Origin: Trichoplax adhaerens
Taxonomy: Eukaryota; Animalia; Placozoa
Length of the DNA stretch: 64,000 nt
Assembly (NCBI RefSeq): GCF_000150275.1
Contig: NW_002060968.1
Coordinates: forward strand, 467,788-531,787
Reading direction: 5' to 3'
In this document: positions 39,259 through 54,041 of the stretch, in pieces
Numbering within the stretch: position 1 is the stretch's first letter
Layout: every line of letters begins with the position of its first letter
Made by a program: the position numbers and the translations under genes
Notes under the pieces: generated by a model
Databases searched by the model: none
Seen by the model: the letters and a program-made list of their open reading frames with translations, nothing else
Told to the model about the DNA's origin: nothing

Positions 39259-42200
39259 TTCGGCTTCACTGTCTGGGTTCTTAAATATAATAGTGCACCT
39301 GATAAAGGAAATACTCGGAAGATTGCAAATCAAACGTGATATTATTAGCGAAATTCTTTTTGCCAATATTGAATTGCTTTTATCGCTAATTTTATTGCAT
39401 CCTATGCACATTTAACATATTGTACAGTTTAACGAAAATGATATAGAAAACAGCTATGACACTTTTATAATACACTTAATCCTGAAAAATATTGCATAGT
39501 CCTCTGGTAAAATTACAAATTATTCGAATCTATTGAATACATTAAGTAGTGGTAATGGGTGAATAAAAGTAATGAAAAATCGGAAATAAATCTCAGCTGA
39601 ATCATTGGTAAGTTAGGACATCATATACTGTACAGTACATATTAGCTCTACTGTAATATACCTCAAAGTAATTTAAAGACATACATAATCAGCATCGGAG
39701 TCGTAGCGGACATTATATTGAAAAATAGAATAAATCCTAATTAGCTGTGGGTTAGGTAAAGATATCCTCAGTCAATATACTGTATTAAAAGTATGAGTCT
39801 GTTGAGACTGCTGACTTAGCATCACAGATTCTTCAGTATACGTATTTCAAGTAGAGATCCTGCTAGTAATGAAGAAGTTCTAAGGATTACGTAATCATAG
39901 GCTACTGATACCGTATATATGGATATATAATAAAATAGCAGAGGTGAGCTATAATAGTTTATTCTAATTTCATTCATAAAATTGATTTGATCTATTCTCT
40001 ATGACTTAAAGCCCTGGGGCATCTAATGTGAACATTCTTCTTACATTGTATGCAATGACTCCTTTAACTTTGTAGTGATTTAAAATAAGCTATAATTCTA
40101 TAGTAAATGTTTTTTTGTAATACTTTGAATGTCGGGGTAGTTTTAAAGCTTTGCAAGCGCAATCCTTTCTGATAATAGTTTTAACCCTGCAGTCACGAAA
40201 AAAAATAATGATAGCAATAACATTCATATATTACACCATACCGTAGTATCACTTAAATTAGCATAACTTAGAACGCAAGTAGATATTTAGAGTAGAAAGC
40301 AAATGTAGGTGTAGTACTTTTCCACTATAATTATTTCAAGGAAATATTCACATCTGTTACCTATCTGTAAGAAAATATTTTATAGATACGGTCTAGAAAA
40401 TCAGTTTTTAAGGGCTTAGCTTTCGAGTAAATAAATCCATTTTTCACGCCACCGAGCTTAAGTGAATTTTATCAATTTAAATCGTCGTATTGGATACTTT
40501 GCAACATTCTCCGTACAAGTTGTATTCACCAATAATGAATTGTCGGTAAGCTTAGACGTGGATATCATTCTTTAGAGGATTACAAAGAAGACTTTTATAG
40601 AACTGTATTGATAGATTTAATATCTAAAATTATTTTAAAACATGAGTCTTGCTTTTATCTTGCAGAGCGGAAAGCATTATCACCATTTGTATAGATCATG
40701 CTGACTAGAAATTGCTACCATCGCCACGCAACAATAGTTCCCTAATGTAGAAATGTCTTAGTAATTTCGATAATCAGCAACAAAACTGCATCATCAAAGT
40801 CTTGCTAAATTTAAATTTGGCTCTTTTGTATCACGTAAGAAAAAATGGCTAAAAAAGAATGCACATCAATTTTAACTGTCCAACTCAAGCTACGAACATG
40901 CAATCAAAGATAACGGATAGCCCCATCGCTTACTAAAATCTAAATATTGATATAAAAATCGTAGAGATACAATAATTATACTGCACTATCGTTATTTGTA
41001 GTAAAGAACATTATGATTAGAAATGTTCAATTAGCTAGGCATCATTATTTATTCGGCGCTAAATTTCTATTTATAGTGATACTCGTATTCTAAAACCATT
41101 GAATTTTAACCTAGGTTGGCGCTGGCGTGATGATAAAGAATCCCTTCCCTCATAAGAGTTGTGACTATGCATATCTCGATGCCGAATTCTAATCAGTTTC
41201 ATTTAAAGGACATTGAAACAAGATTTAAAATCAAAAGTGCTTTGTCTTTGCTAATTCAGCAATTCTTCAAAGTTGCGTTATATTTTAGTTATTAAATAAT
41301 GTCTATCCGTCCTTCTATAGAAGTCTGATCACTTTTTCTACCCCATCAAGACCATACTTAAACTAATATTTTTGCATCTCCTCATTGTCATTACGTAATA
41401 AAATTACGAACTGACATTGCACAGACAACATTCCCAAGCGATGCTCATAATTGTGCTAGTCAATAACACATAAATAGCCACATATTGTTTTACTACCCAT
41501 TTTACTCTCAACAATGCGATGGATTATTTTATCGTAAATAACAAATTAATCAATTACAGCCATAAATAAATTTCGATAGACATGCTTCATATTTCTAAGT
41601 CAGTGCGCCTGCAAACAGTAAGGAAACTGATTAACAAGCTATAGTAATATAAAATATTAGTAGAAGTGGTAGAAATAGCGTAAATGAATGATATTAAACA
41701 GATAATAAAAATTTCCTGGTGGTATCATTATTTAACAGCGGACCAGAATCAATAGCAGCGGTTTCGAAGCGTATTAAATTATATTTTCTTAATTTCTTGT
41801 TAATATATCAGCATTGTTAACCATTCAGTTGTGCTTCTATTGCCACGAATAATGCTAATGAGATAAAAGTTAGGTCAAGTTTACACCAATTTACTATCAT
41901 TACGTCATTTTATTACAGTGTAAGACAATTGACGAGTATGCTATTTTGAAATAACTTAAAATAATATACAAGTTACTAATTAAAGCAATTTAGCAACTGA
42001 AGTACTGAAATATTAGGCTAGATAAAATAAATTAAATAAGAGTCCTTTTATATTAAAGCACTTTCTTTAATAAGACTCTCATATTTTAAAATTCTAACAG
42101 TATTCCATGCGATCTATATTGAAAAAAAACCTCTAAGACAAATACTTCTAACTTATCTCTCTTCGTGTAATTTTAACTTTCGTTCCTAGAAACAAACAGG

Positions 42201-45200
42201 TGATAAAATGATCTAATTTGAATAATTAATTGTAGTAATTTTCTTAGAATGATGCAATTTAAAATTTCTTATTTGATACTTTACATCTTTAACATTCAAT
42301 TACACGTGATGAATTTCTGTTCGGAAATGTTGGTCCGCTCTGTTAGCTTATTGTTTTTTAAATCTTCTAAACTGTCTCTCCTATGGCTTTTAAAAATGTT
42401 TCTAAATCGAAATGAACTTTACTTATAATTCACACTTACAAAGACTACAAAGTGACTTTAGGACAAGTAATTATCTTATTTTTGTTCGATATTATACCTC
42501 GGAAAAGTTTGGTAATTTCGTTTCTTTTAATAAAATATGTTGCCTTAGGCTAAGTTTTATAACTTTATCTACGACGTACTACTTCAGTTAATATTGATTT
42601 CTTTTAAATTAACTAATTTTTCAATAAAGCTTATGTTTAGTTTTTGTCTAAGTGTGAATATTGGTTTACTGTAACCTTTTGCAGATAGAAAAATATGAGG
42701 TTTTGAAATCTGTTGCAGGTTGCTTAAGAGGGTGAATTTGATGGTTAGCTGCAGTATCAGTTTTTGGAGTCGTTTTAATTTCTTTATTGCTTGAATTAAT
42801 TTTTGCAGCCATAGAAGATAAAAGATCTACTATTACCATGGAAGACAAATTAAATGTGCCATAGCGTATCAATTTTTAGCAGTAGCAGATAAAGATTTAC
42901 TCATCTCACGGATTGAAATGGGAACGTATCATAATTTTACTAACTTGAAGTCGAGGCAACAGTAGGACACCTTATAAGTTATTCATATAGAGGGTAGAGT
43001 CAATTTGAATCTAAACCCTAATATTAAGGATAATAAAGAAATAGAATATAATTAAAATAATTGATTTAATGATAGCTTGTTATTCCGCCCCTTTACGAAG
43101 GATGATGAAATCGCTTGTCTTTATGATGCTGCAGTTTGGCTATTGATACTAAAGACTATTATGTTTGATTTATCAGAAAGACGTATCTTGGACGGGCAAT
43201 AATGTAATACGGGTCGTAGATTGTCTCTCCATATGGACTTTGACTACAGTATAAACTGATTCTGGATTTAGAATATACGAGAAGCATAAAGAAATTCAGA
43301 TTATAATTTCAGCCCTAGTTAAAATGGTTATTTTTATTGACTTCTATCAAACTGATGATCATCCCATTGGACATTAACTAGCTCTTTACCGTATGATATC
43401 ATCTTACGTTGAAATTTAACAATTCATTAATAGCAAGGACTTATAAAAAATTTACTATTCTGAATTCTATTTAATCCTGAAGGGCTACCCATTAGAAAAT
43501 AATAATTAACACTTCCTTGCTTTATTATTGACTGATTCCATCTATAGCCCGGACAATGAACTAATAGTTTTAAACATCGCATTATCAATGACTTGCCTTG
43601 CAAATTGATACCTTTCACACGGTGACTAAAATCAGTTTCATTGATTTGAATTAGTTTGATAGAGCTCTAAGAGGGCTCTTTCCTCTGGAAATTTTAGTAC
43701 ATCTGCTATTTGGTTTATATAGCACATAATAAATAGGCTTATAGCTTACAAAATTTGAAGTATCGTTTCATGCTACATTAATTTGAAAGTAAAATTTTTA
43801 AAATTGAGATAATATGCCGAGATTGTGATTCAAGCAGGTATTAAAGTAATCGTCATATTTTCTCAATAGATCTCTTGTTTGATTTCATGGTCGGGGCCGC
43901 AATGCGGAATATGTCAAAAGCGATTAAAGGTGCTAGTCTGATCATATAATAGCTTATTTATTATTTTCACTAGCTTACGAAAATGCTTATAAATTAAAGT
44001 TATGGTTTTAGTAACGTTTCCAGACAATGCCACAATTTCTTATTATAGTATGTCGATCTTTGTCCCTTGAGATTAGTTACTACGTGATAACGAAACCCAA
44101 ATCGAATTTCGAAAGATTCGACTTTAGATATAGTTCTTTGGCAATAATAATGACTAATTACTGCCTTTAGATTATTGGAATATTTTTGCATGTTTTATTC
44201 ATGAGAAGAATTACATCATGATTAATTGGTCCACGTCACAAGGTGAGCGCGCTGGATGATTATCACCAGATTTTGTACGCTACTATTCGCACTGTGTAAT
44301 TATTTAATTGCAAAACAGAAACGAACTAACTTGAATTTTAATATGTATACGACAATAAATGACTTTTGCTTACTGCATATGCTCACTATTTACTGTATGA
44401 CTTGTAGAGATTGAAATGGTATGTGAAGCTAAAGCAAGAAAGTTGTTCCAGAGAGATTTTCTATGCCATTCAACTAATAATTGACCTTTAAATACAATTA
44501 CTTTAGCTAGATTAATTTCTTTGCCTTCCTGTAATACAATCTTAAAAACAATGAAAATGATTTTGGTTATTTTGATAAGTAGTAATTATGTAAGAACAAT
44601 ATTGTAAACATAATTGGATAGCCTAAATTGTTAAGATACTTAAGAAATACGACTCTACTCCAGCGAATAACATTCCGTAAAGGAGTAAAACTTCGTTTTC
44701 CTCTACTACCTACTAGTTCTGTAATATAGGCTAACTAGAGTGGTCATTTTGGACTATCTAAAGAATTGAAGTAGATTAAACTGATCATGATTTATCATTT
44801 CGCTAGCGAAAGGCAATATAATTTAACAGGAATATAATTAGCAAACAAGACAAAGGCAGTATTTATATGACTAATATTGTCAACAAAGTGCCGGCAGCGA
44901 GATAAACCAATTTTATTAAAGTCGTTCGAACGATATTATATTAGATTGAAATTGACCGTTATCCTGATATTAATGGCACTTAGGACGTAGGCTTTTTGCC
45001 AAAGTGAAGTATTTCGGCTAGGAACTAAAAACCTGTAATGATTACTATGGCATCATGCCATCGAAAGATACCTATCAGAACTAGCATTGATGTTGAAATA
45101 ACCCGCAACATGGTTTCCTAGGTGATATTTTCGATGTAAAACATTACAGTGGTTGCTATAGAAGATCAGGTGATGGAATAAGCTGACGATCAGCTAATAC

Positions 45201-46625
45201 TGTTTCCAAAGCGATCAAGTTTCTCTTATTTTAGAGTATAATTGGCGCATTTTGCTAAGATTTCAAAGCATGTCAACAAATTATGTTGTAGTAAAAGATT
45301 CCATAGTTGTATCCAAATTATTTTTACACCATTATACCTATAAAATAGTATTAGAGGTATAGAGTGGTCTAGTCTATTATTGTTTGCTATTATTACTTAT
45401 CCCTAATTACATCATTTTTAAAGTTCGGAGTGAGAGTTGAACACTGTACTCAGTGGCAATCTGTAAAGTTGAAGTCTTTCATTGAGTTATGGACAATAGT
45501 AGAAGCAGACACATTTACTACAATTTTGATTGGATTATTGTTCAACGGCAATATTACAATGTTCGAATTTGCAATCATCAATTTACCCGGTTTACTTTTT
45601 TTAAATTATTCGCAAGCCATGTAGCTAGTAGTAAAAGAAAGAAAACATTTATCGTATTTCTATTTTATAACCACTAGAATGAACTTTGACTAGTATGGCG
45701 TGATTAAAATCACAACAGGAGATTGTAGCCATTCAATCGATTTCTACTGTGTTCGTATAACCTTACAATACTCACCATTGCTTGTTCTTACTATCGACTA
45801 TGACTTACTGTACTTTGCACAAGTCTCTGTTTGTTTACGAATTTTTCTATATAATAAAATGCAAATTAAATTCAAGGGTTAGTGGCAAAGGATAATGGTA
45901 TTGAACAACTTTGAAAAATGAACGACTATTTAAACTTTATCCAACATCGTAATTCATAGTATTCGGGTTGTAAGATAGGACTAAAAATAGTCATGATAAC
46001 CTTATGGTTTGGATCATATGATACATAATACAGTAATGGATATCCCCATCTATTCTATTTTGATGGAATTTTTAACTGGCATGATGACATACGAGTAGTT
46101 CACTTTCAGCCAGTGTTCTCTACCTGAATGGTGTACTTATTGAAAACATGACTCGTCATGCTGATGCTAGGTTTCAACAAGAAACTCAACAGGCCTGCCC
46201 AGGATTAAAAATAATTGTGAACATGTCTGCCAGGGTCATTCATGTCCTTCACAATGAATATTAAATATGCTATAAAGTGAGTGATCTTTAAATTGATCTT
46301 CTATTGACCGCTAGATCTCCTGTAGGTGATTGAATGGTGGTTGCTTAGCGATAGATTAATAGGGCTATTTTTAGATTGTATTTTTTAATCATATTAATTT
46401 AATTGGCCTTTATACCACTTAGAAATGGATCTACTCCAAATAAATGCCGTCATTTATTGAAATATGGACAAAGAAAGTCATTGTTATTTTAAGCTATGGA
46501 ATGAGCCCTGCCCACGGATCCTGATTCTATATAAGTGTTGCACTTTGCCACCAGGAATTAAATTGCATTTGTTAATTTGCTTCGGCAGTTCTTCATCGGC
46601 TGAAAAGTTACTCAACAAATCCACA

Positions 46626-49600
46626 ATGCATCCTTCAACTTTGACTGTTTTTCTTTGCTTGACTGCGTTTCCCTTATCAGGTAGTAAGATATGATCTATA
46701 TAGTATACAGGTTGCAATTCAGGATAACATGCGTATGCATAGATAATTTGACCATATTGAGTAATAAATGCTTCTAAACTGAGTGGCTTAACTTTAGCAA
46801 TTGCCATATCTCATCACTAGCTGACGTATTTTCGATAAATTATGGATTCACGTTATAAAAACGGTGTACTGTAGCTGATCTTAATAATTTTTGTTACCAT
46901 AACTATATTTAATTTTTCACTTATACAGTAGTTCTCCAAGCGACTAGTCGTAGAAATTGTCTTTTAGCAGGAATTTACCTTCATCAGAATTTATTTGAGA
47001 TTCTGATAGTGATTAGGGTTAGATAAAAACTATATATTTCTGGTATGCGTATTTGTGTGCGTGTATTTATGAAGTAATAAATGCATTGCTAATAAATAAC
47101 TCAATTTACATTTCAATAGTCTTGTCACAATGCCCTAATGGTTGCCTTTGCGGCAATTTTCATACGGTTAGTTGCGCTGGATCCGATATTATAACAATGC
47201 CATTAACTTCGTCGGTTATGCCAAACATCAAGTCATTGTGAGTATGAATTCATTACCAGCTCTTATTAGCATATGCAAATCGATATGTTAGCGTATGGAT
47301 TGTAATCGTAAACAGTTTTTCTTCCCTTCATGTTGAAATACGTTAATTAATCATGAGATATACATCATTATTTGTAATGGCCATGACTTTACCATTTAGT
47401 ACTTTGCTCTCTTGGAATGCTGCTTTTAATTCATTTTCTAAAGTCATATTTCTATATATCTAAATTGATGACAAGATGTCTACTGACTTTTAATTAATTG
47501 ACGGTTGTAAATTGTTCTTTCCTTTCATTCGATAGTATTTTAACACATACGAACGTAGCTACAATTCCATCAGCGAGCTTTATCACATATCCGAACTTAA
47601 ATTATATGTAAGTTTATGTACTCATAGTGATACAATTGACGAAAGATAAGACGCAAATAAGAATAATTGCTCTGATAACTTTTTTCAATACGCATATCAA
47701 ATTTAATGGCTCTAAATATTCCCAATTTAAAATACAGAGGTTTAAAGTATAACAAAATTAATAAAATCGAACCAGGAGCTTTCAAAGGATTATCGAAACT
47801 AACGACTATGTAAGTACTTTGACACTGCTTATGCAAGAAGCATTGGTGTGATACTAAAAAATGTTAACAATGTTATGTGGAGAATGTGTGGCATTTCATT
47901 TTATTTAGTAATATAAATTGACTGCTGCAAAAAATTATTAGATAATCAAATTTGTCGTTGTAAATCGTATTCTATTACAGAGATTTTACCGGTAACAAAT
48001 TACAAGTTATTGAGAACAATTTATACGCTAATTCGACAAATTTACGCAAATTGTAAGTAGCTCTATAATGCTATAGTAAAAATTTAATTAAGTATTAAAT
48101 ATATTCATAATTAGTTTCATACATAATAATCTTAACGACTTACATCCGGTGTGTATTATACTTCAATTTACTGGTATTAATGCATTTTGTTTTATTCTAG
48201 GAAATTTGATAAAAATTCAATAACGTCAGTTAAGAATCAAGCCTTTAATGGATTACATAAATTATCTATGCTGTAAGTAGCATTGAAATAAATACACAAC
48301 TGCACATAACATGAAGAAGAAATTACTAGATTATGAAATCTTATGTACATGAATATTAAATAGAAATAACTATTATCCCACAGTTCGTTCAGTAATAATC
48401 AACTTCGTGAAATTCCTACTATCGCATTACATCCTTTAAGCCAACTAAACACACTGTAAGTTATATCGAAGTTTTCGATATTCCTAGTAAAGTAGATAGC
48501 TGTTATTTTAATTGGTTTATATTTACTTCTTGAATATCTAGAATATTGGATAATAACCAATTATCGCGCATTGATGATGAGAGCTTTAAACTACCGAATT
48601 TGCAAGAACTGTAAGTTAAAGTAAATTAGTAACGATATCTAATAGTGAGCATAATCAGAAATACAGTATGTACTAGTACACCATTTCCAGCTGCATATTA
48701 CTTATTGTTTACTTTTTTTTCTTTTTTCATTAAGTTTATATATAAACCATTTTTTAATGATTAATTATTAAATATACTAAATAATTTTACTCTAAATGTA
48801 GGCGATTGTTCCATAATTCCGTCATGAATATCTCCGATAGTGCATTTAAATGGAATTCTAACCTTAAGTACTTGTAAGTATCAACATGAAAATACTTCAT
48901 TAGTTTCCTTATTTAATGTGTATTTGCATAGTTATCAAGATTTTGCGAATAATATTAAAAGAGGCTAAAGGTTAAATTTATTTCACTATAGAGGACTAAG
49001 GTACAATAAACTTAATACCATCAATCAAAAGACTTTTCAGCCGTTATCTCATCTTATGGAATTGTATGTGATATTTTAAATAACTATACAGACAGCTTTG
49101 CTATATATAGGCATCCAATTTTTAATGCTTCCAATATACTTTTTTAGATATTTAAGTAAAAACGAAATTACTTCACTAAGTGCTGAATTGTTTCAGAATC
49201 TTAACAATCTGCTAGCCTTGTAAGTAGAAATAATAGCATTTTGTAAAACATTATTCTTTTGCTATTGAAAAGATTTAATTTTTTATCATTCACGATACGA
49301 TATAATAACTTAATCTATTTGTTAATCTCTACAGAGATATAAGTAATAACCATATCGCTAAAATTTCGAACAATATTTTCGCCCCTATGCGAAATTTAAG
49401 AAGACTGTAAGTTAATCTTTCAACATAATAAACTAGTTTAGCGGAATATTTAATAATTTATAATCTGTTTCTTTAGCACTCGATTCTGTAGCAGTAAAAA
49501 CACTTTCGATTTAGCTTCCAATCAAATATATTGTATTTGTTTACCCGTAGGAATTTATCTTACACTAAACTGACTTCAATCACCAAGACAAGCTTCGGAT

Positions 49601-51830
49601 CTATGCCTAACTTAATTCAACTGTAAGTGTTAGTAAATTAGCGGCATTCTTCGTTGTTTACAGCATCATTCAAACTATTAATTTTATCTTGCTGTTATTT
49701 CAATAGAATTTTAACCAACAACGAAATATCGAGGATCGAGGACGCAGCATTTACGAAAATGAAGAGCTTAACTGAAATGTAGGTTATCTTATATTCATTT
49801 TAATAACTAATAGCCTAGACTGAATTCGTAGCTGTGGTTTTAATTTGTGTAAGAACTAGCAAGTGTTGCTGAAATAAAATTGCTAGCTTTATCTTAGCTT
49901 TAGAATAATCATAGAGGAATAATGATTAAGAAAAAATGAAATAATATGCTATTTCTCATTTATTAATCAGATACTTGCAAGGAAATAGGTTAACTACTGT
50001 CAATTCAAAAGTTTTCATCTCCTTATCAACACTCCAAAAACTGTAAGTGTTCATCGAGAATTAAAAGTGTATTTTTTAGGTCTTAGCTTATTTATTATTA
50101 AATTTAGGTATAACATTAAAGTTATGAAATAGTAACGTATAATTTATTTCTTTCAATAGGGACATATCTAATAACTGCCTGTATGACATCAAAAATAGTG
50201 CCTTCAAAAAATTGAACAATCTGCACAGTCTGTAAGTCAAGCTTCCATTTCAAAAATTATGAATTCCATCGAACGAGTTTTTGATGCTGTTACTGCTATA
50301 CTGTAGGCATTAATTAATTATATGCTATTGATTTCATTTGTATTAGAAATTTAGGAAATAATCACCTCTCTATTATTCGCCATAATGCTTTCGAAGGATT
50401 GCTAAAGCTTTATGAATTGTGAGTGCATTATTGTATTAGATATGCTAGAATTTTTAATGAAATTGAAATCGGATTATAAAGTACCCTAATCAAAATATCA
50501 CTTCAATATGATAGAAATATGTTGAGGACCAATGTTACATGTGTGCACAAGGATGCATTTGTCAAAATGCCAAATTTAAAAACTCTGTAAGTATTAAAAA
50601 TTAAATGTTCCTATACGCTATCTTTTAATTTATAGCTGATAGTACGGTAATTATTAAGTATAAATATTCCCAATTAATTATAATCTACTTAATATATAGA
50701 ATAAGTCATTCAGCTGCTGTATGTTGCAATCTTCCGACTCAAAAATCCTGTAAAGCTTATTCTGGCAGCTGCGAAAAAGTGAATCAAAAATGCCATAATA
50801 ACATGCCAAAGCCGGCATTATGCCACGGCAGGTAATTTTTAGCATTTCTTCTTAGTATCAAATACAACTATCTATTCCGTACAGTTTTTAGCCTTAATCA
50901 TATGAAGATCGTTATTATAATAATTGAAATAGAAGACTTTTGAATATTTATCTAAGTTGTCAATAGTAAATAATATACGTAACATCGTGTATGTATTCTA
51001 GCAATTAGTAAATATCTTAAATATTATTTTCTATTCATGACAATGCTAGTAATGTATCGGAAGACGTAATTTAGCCATAAATTAACCTATTAATCTTAAA
51101 TTAGCAAGATTTACATCAGAATGGTACAACACACCCGAATTAATAATTCAGTTCTGAGACCATAATAGTCTGTTAGCAGTTGCTAATATTTTAGATTGTT
51201 GATTAATGACTCATCTATACTTGAACCAATAAGTAAATAGACGACGTTGTAAACTAGTACGGTAAACGCCCAAGATGACCAACTTACTATTTTTAGCCCA
51301 AATCTTTAGCGAAAAAATTAATGACGACTGATAGACCTGATAGTAATATTATGCGACCAATAGTAACAGTTAAATATGTTTTTGTTTCATTTAGTCTCTC
51401 TTTTAAATGATGCAGATTTATTGCTATTTCCTATCAAATATTACCGTATACCAACTGAGAAAATTTGGATAGTTTCGATTTGAATAACGCAAATATATAA
51501 AACCCTTTATCGTTATATAGCTACTTCTCTCAATAAATGAATGAATGATTTATGACTTACTTTATTCCCTAATTAGGCTAATTTGCGAATTTTATATTGT
51601 GATTGTTAATCTAAACCATATATCGAATGTGTATTTCTTATTTTAGACCTTTAAAAAGTTTTTCCAATGTCAGATCAACATCGGCCCCCATGGTATATAC
51701 TACAACGAACAAAATTCAAACAATCATCAAGATAGAACAAACAAGTGGAGCTTGGTCAATCTTCGCTCGGTCTCAAGTTGACTTGATTATTTTATCGGTT
51801 CTTTCGTCTTATTTCCTGCATATGGTTTAA
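46626..51830 (+). CDS. Secretory-pathway LRR protein 2 (paralog): signal peptide, LRRNT, 16 LRRs, 6-Cys cap, stalk, putative GPI anchor; 20 coding exons, about 545 aa
   Basis: Exons: 46626-46680 (MHPSTLTVFLCLTAFPLS), 47120-47237 (LSQCPNGCLCGNFHTVSC), LRR exons 47536-47607, 47738-47809, 47981-48052, 48201-48272, 48384-48455, 48542-48610 (69 nt), 48802-48873, 48992-49063, 49148-49219, 49335-49406, 49551-49622, 49707-49778, 49971-50042, 50160-50231, 50347-50418, 50515-50586, cap 50700-50831 (ISHSAAVCCNLPTQKSC...), last exon 51647-51830 (...EQTSGAWSIFARSQVDLIILSVLSSYFLHMV*). Total 1638 nt; intron phases match gene 1. Confidence 0.92.
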
Positions 51831-54041
51831 GTATCTTGAAGTCAAAGTCTGTGAAACCTTATCACTCGCCACAATGGAATCTATTTTTGAAAATGCCTTA
51901 GTAATCACCTTTTACATATAAGCTTTGAACATTGTAACAATTCAAAAAATCATAAAAATAGAAAATGCAAATAAACGTCTATTGCTGTAACGTGATGGAA
52001 GAAAGTCGAAATCGGTTGGCCTATTGCCCCGAAACTTTTTTGTAAGTTTGGAACTTAACATCATCAAGCAAGCTTTCAATATTTCGCTTAGGTAATAGCA
52101 AAAAAAAAATGATAGAGATGGGCCATTGCTGCGCATTAATGAAAAATTATTAAAGGTCTTTCTACCCACTTCAGAGTGGCCAATCTTTGGTTGATGTTGC
52201 AGTTATAGTATTAAAAATAACTCTTACTATCGCATTATAAATTTGGTACAGTCAAAGTTTTTACAATTGCACTTGAATTTGGCTAAGTACGATCTTTTAA
52301 TAGACTTGTTAACTTTGTAATCAATTGGGTAGCGTAGAACTTCTTATAATGTCATAATTTACATTAAAGAATTCAATATCATTATATGTTTACGCTATCA
52401 TCTACTTGATGCTGTAACATCAATTAGAATTATCGAGTATAGTGGCTAGACAGCTGAATATCTACAATTATGGTTTCGCCATCAGTTCAGTTATGTACAA
52501 TATCCTCTCTTAGCTGACATTTCTAATTTCTAATTTATATTAACACTTCATTCAGCAGCAATACGCAATAAAATAGATTCCTGCACCTTAAATGTTTCAC
52601 CTTATTACATGCTAATCAAAATTCAGTTATCCTTTTAAAAATTAACAGAAAATTTGCAATTATATCTGTGTTAAATATTCGAAATTAATATTTGTATTAA
52701 ATAACGAATACTTTAGTGCATTAATTGGACGCTGATTTTTAGCTGCTATTGCACTTTAAACAATATACGCGTATTTCTTATTATTAATGTATATTACACG
52801 ATATTTTATTCAAGAAAATCTTCAAGTTGAACTTTTAAATTTCACTTCTAATTTATTATTTGATGTACGATAAATTTCTTACGATATGAATCGATATTTT
52901 CCCTACGATTATCGGATTATATTTACTACAAATAAACTTATGGCAAGCATCACTATAAGCTTAAAATTTGCGTGGGAGTTATTGATAATATAGATCTCAA
53001 ACACGGACTTAATGAAACTGATCCAATCAGTACCTACAGAGGTCATCTAAGTATATATTTACTACCTGAAATTGTCTAAGTTATTTCGAATATTAACGTT
53101 ATGCTATCAAGTTTATAAATTTAAAACTTGTGGCATAGTGTCCAAAATTTATCATCTAGAGTGCATTGAAAACGAAAGCCACCAAAAGCTTATACGTTTC
53201 ATAAATTGGTGCATTCCAGAGGCATACCATAATATGTGCGATTTTTGCTTGCAATACTAAAGCAAAGATATAAATAGTAGAATATGATCAAAGTCAATTT
53301 CAAAATTAATCTGCCTTTGTATCATAATATTTTACAGTTTAGGATTAGTTGAATACGTTATGAATATTTAAGCTTTGCATTTGATTACCTTATTGCTTTT
53401 ACATAATAATAATGTAGAATTAAGAATGCTATATTTAGTATAGTATTGCTGATTACTGCAAATAAAAGATAGTCGAAAATAATTCATCTATGAGGAATCT
53501 AGTTAGAATTCTCGCTTATGAAAACTTTTTGCGAGCCTTATCAGTAAATAAGGTAATGAATCATTTCATACTCACAAGGTCTTACTCTCGTATGTTTCTA
53601 TAAAGTAATTGTAGAGTTTTATCAAGATTGCTATAGATCAAGAACTGAGTGTAGGTCAATCGTATAACATTTTTTATCCTAATACCTTCAAAGCTTAACT
53701 ATATAAAAAAAGCAGTTCATTCATATTCTTTTAAATGAAAAAGCCTGCAATAGTCATCAAAGCAGCTTAGAAATGGATGTGTAGTTTACGATAACATTTT
53801 GTTTTGAACTGGTTAGAAGTATGAAGTACTACTTTAGGAATTGTTAATGATGCTATTATACTAAGTTTATTACGATATTATGACGATATAGTAATATATT
53901 ACAAGTAAGTACCGAGAATATAGGAGTTTCACTGAACTTACAATCTACGTAAACTTACGTCTAAAATTGTTTATGTGATGGAGGGTTTGATATTTCGAAG
54001 GACTGAGATTAATTGCCATTTACTATTAGTATACCAAAGGT

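Noticed and set aside
43080-43200. Peptide FRPFTKDDEIACLY resembling the GPCR ECL2 motif TFRP..C
   Set aside because: No flanking TM4/TM5 similarity; judged coincidental.
46109-46265. Exon-like open stretch (SVLYLNGVLIENMTRH...ACPGLKIIV...*) after TTTCAG
   Set aside because: No upstream partner exons or recognisable homology found.
10951-51830. Split receptor: the GPI-LRR ectodomains pairing with the neighbouring GPCRs
   Set aside because: The GPCRs do not show LGR-type 7TM motifs; adjacency is the only evidence.
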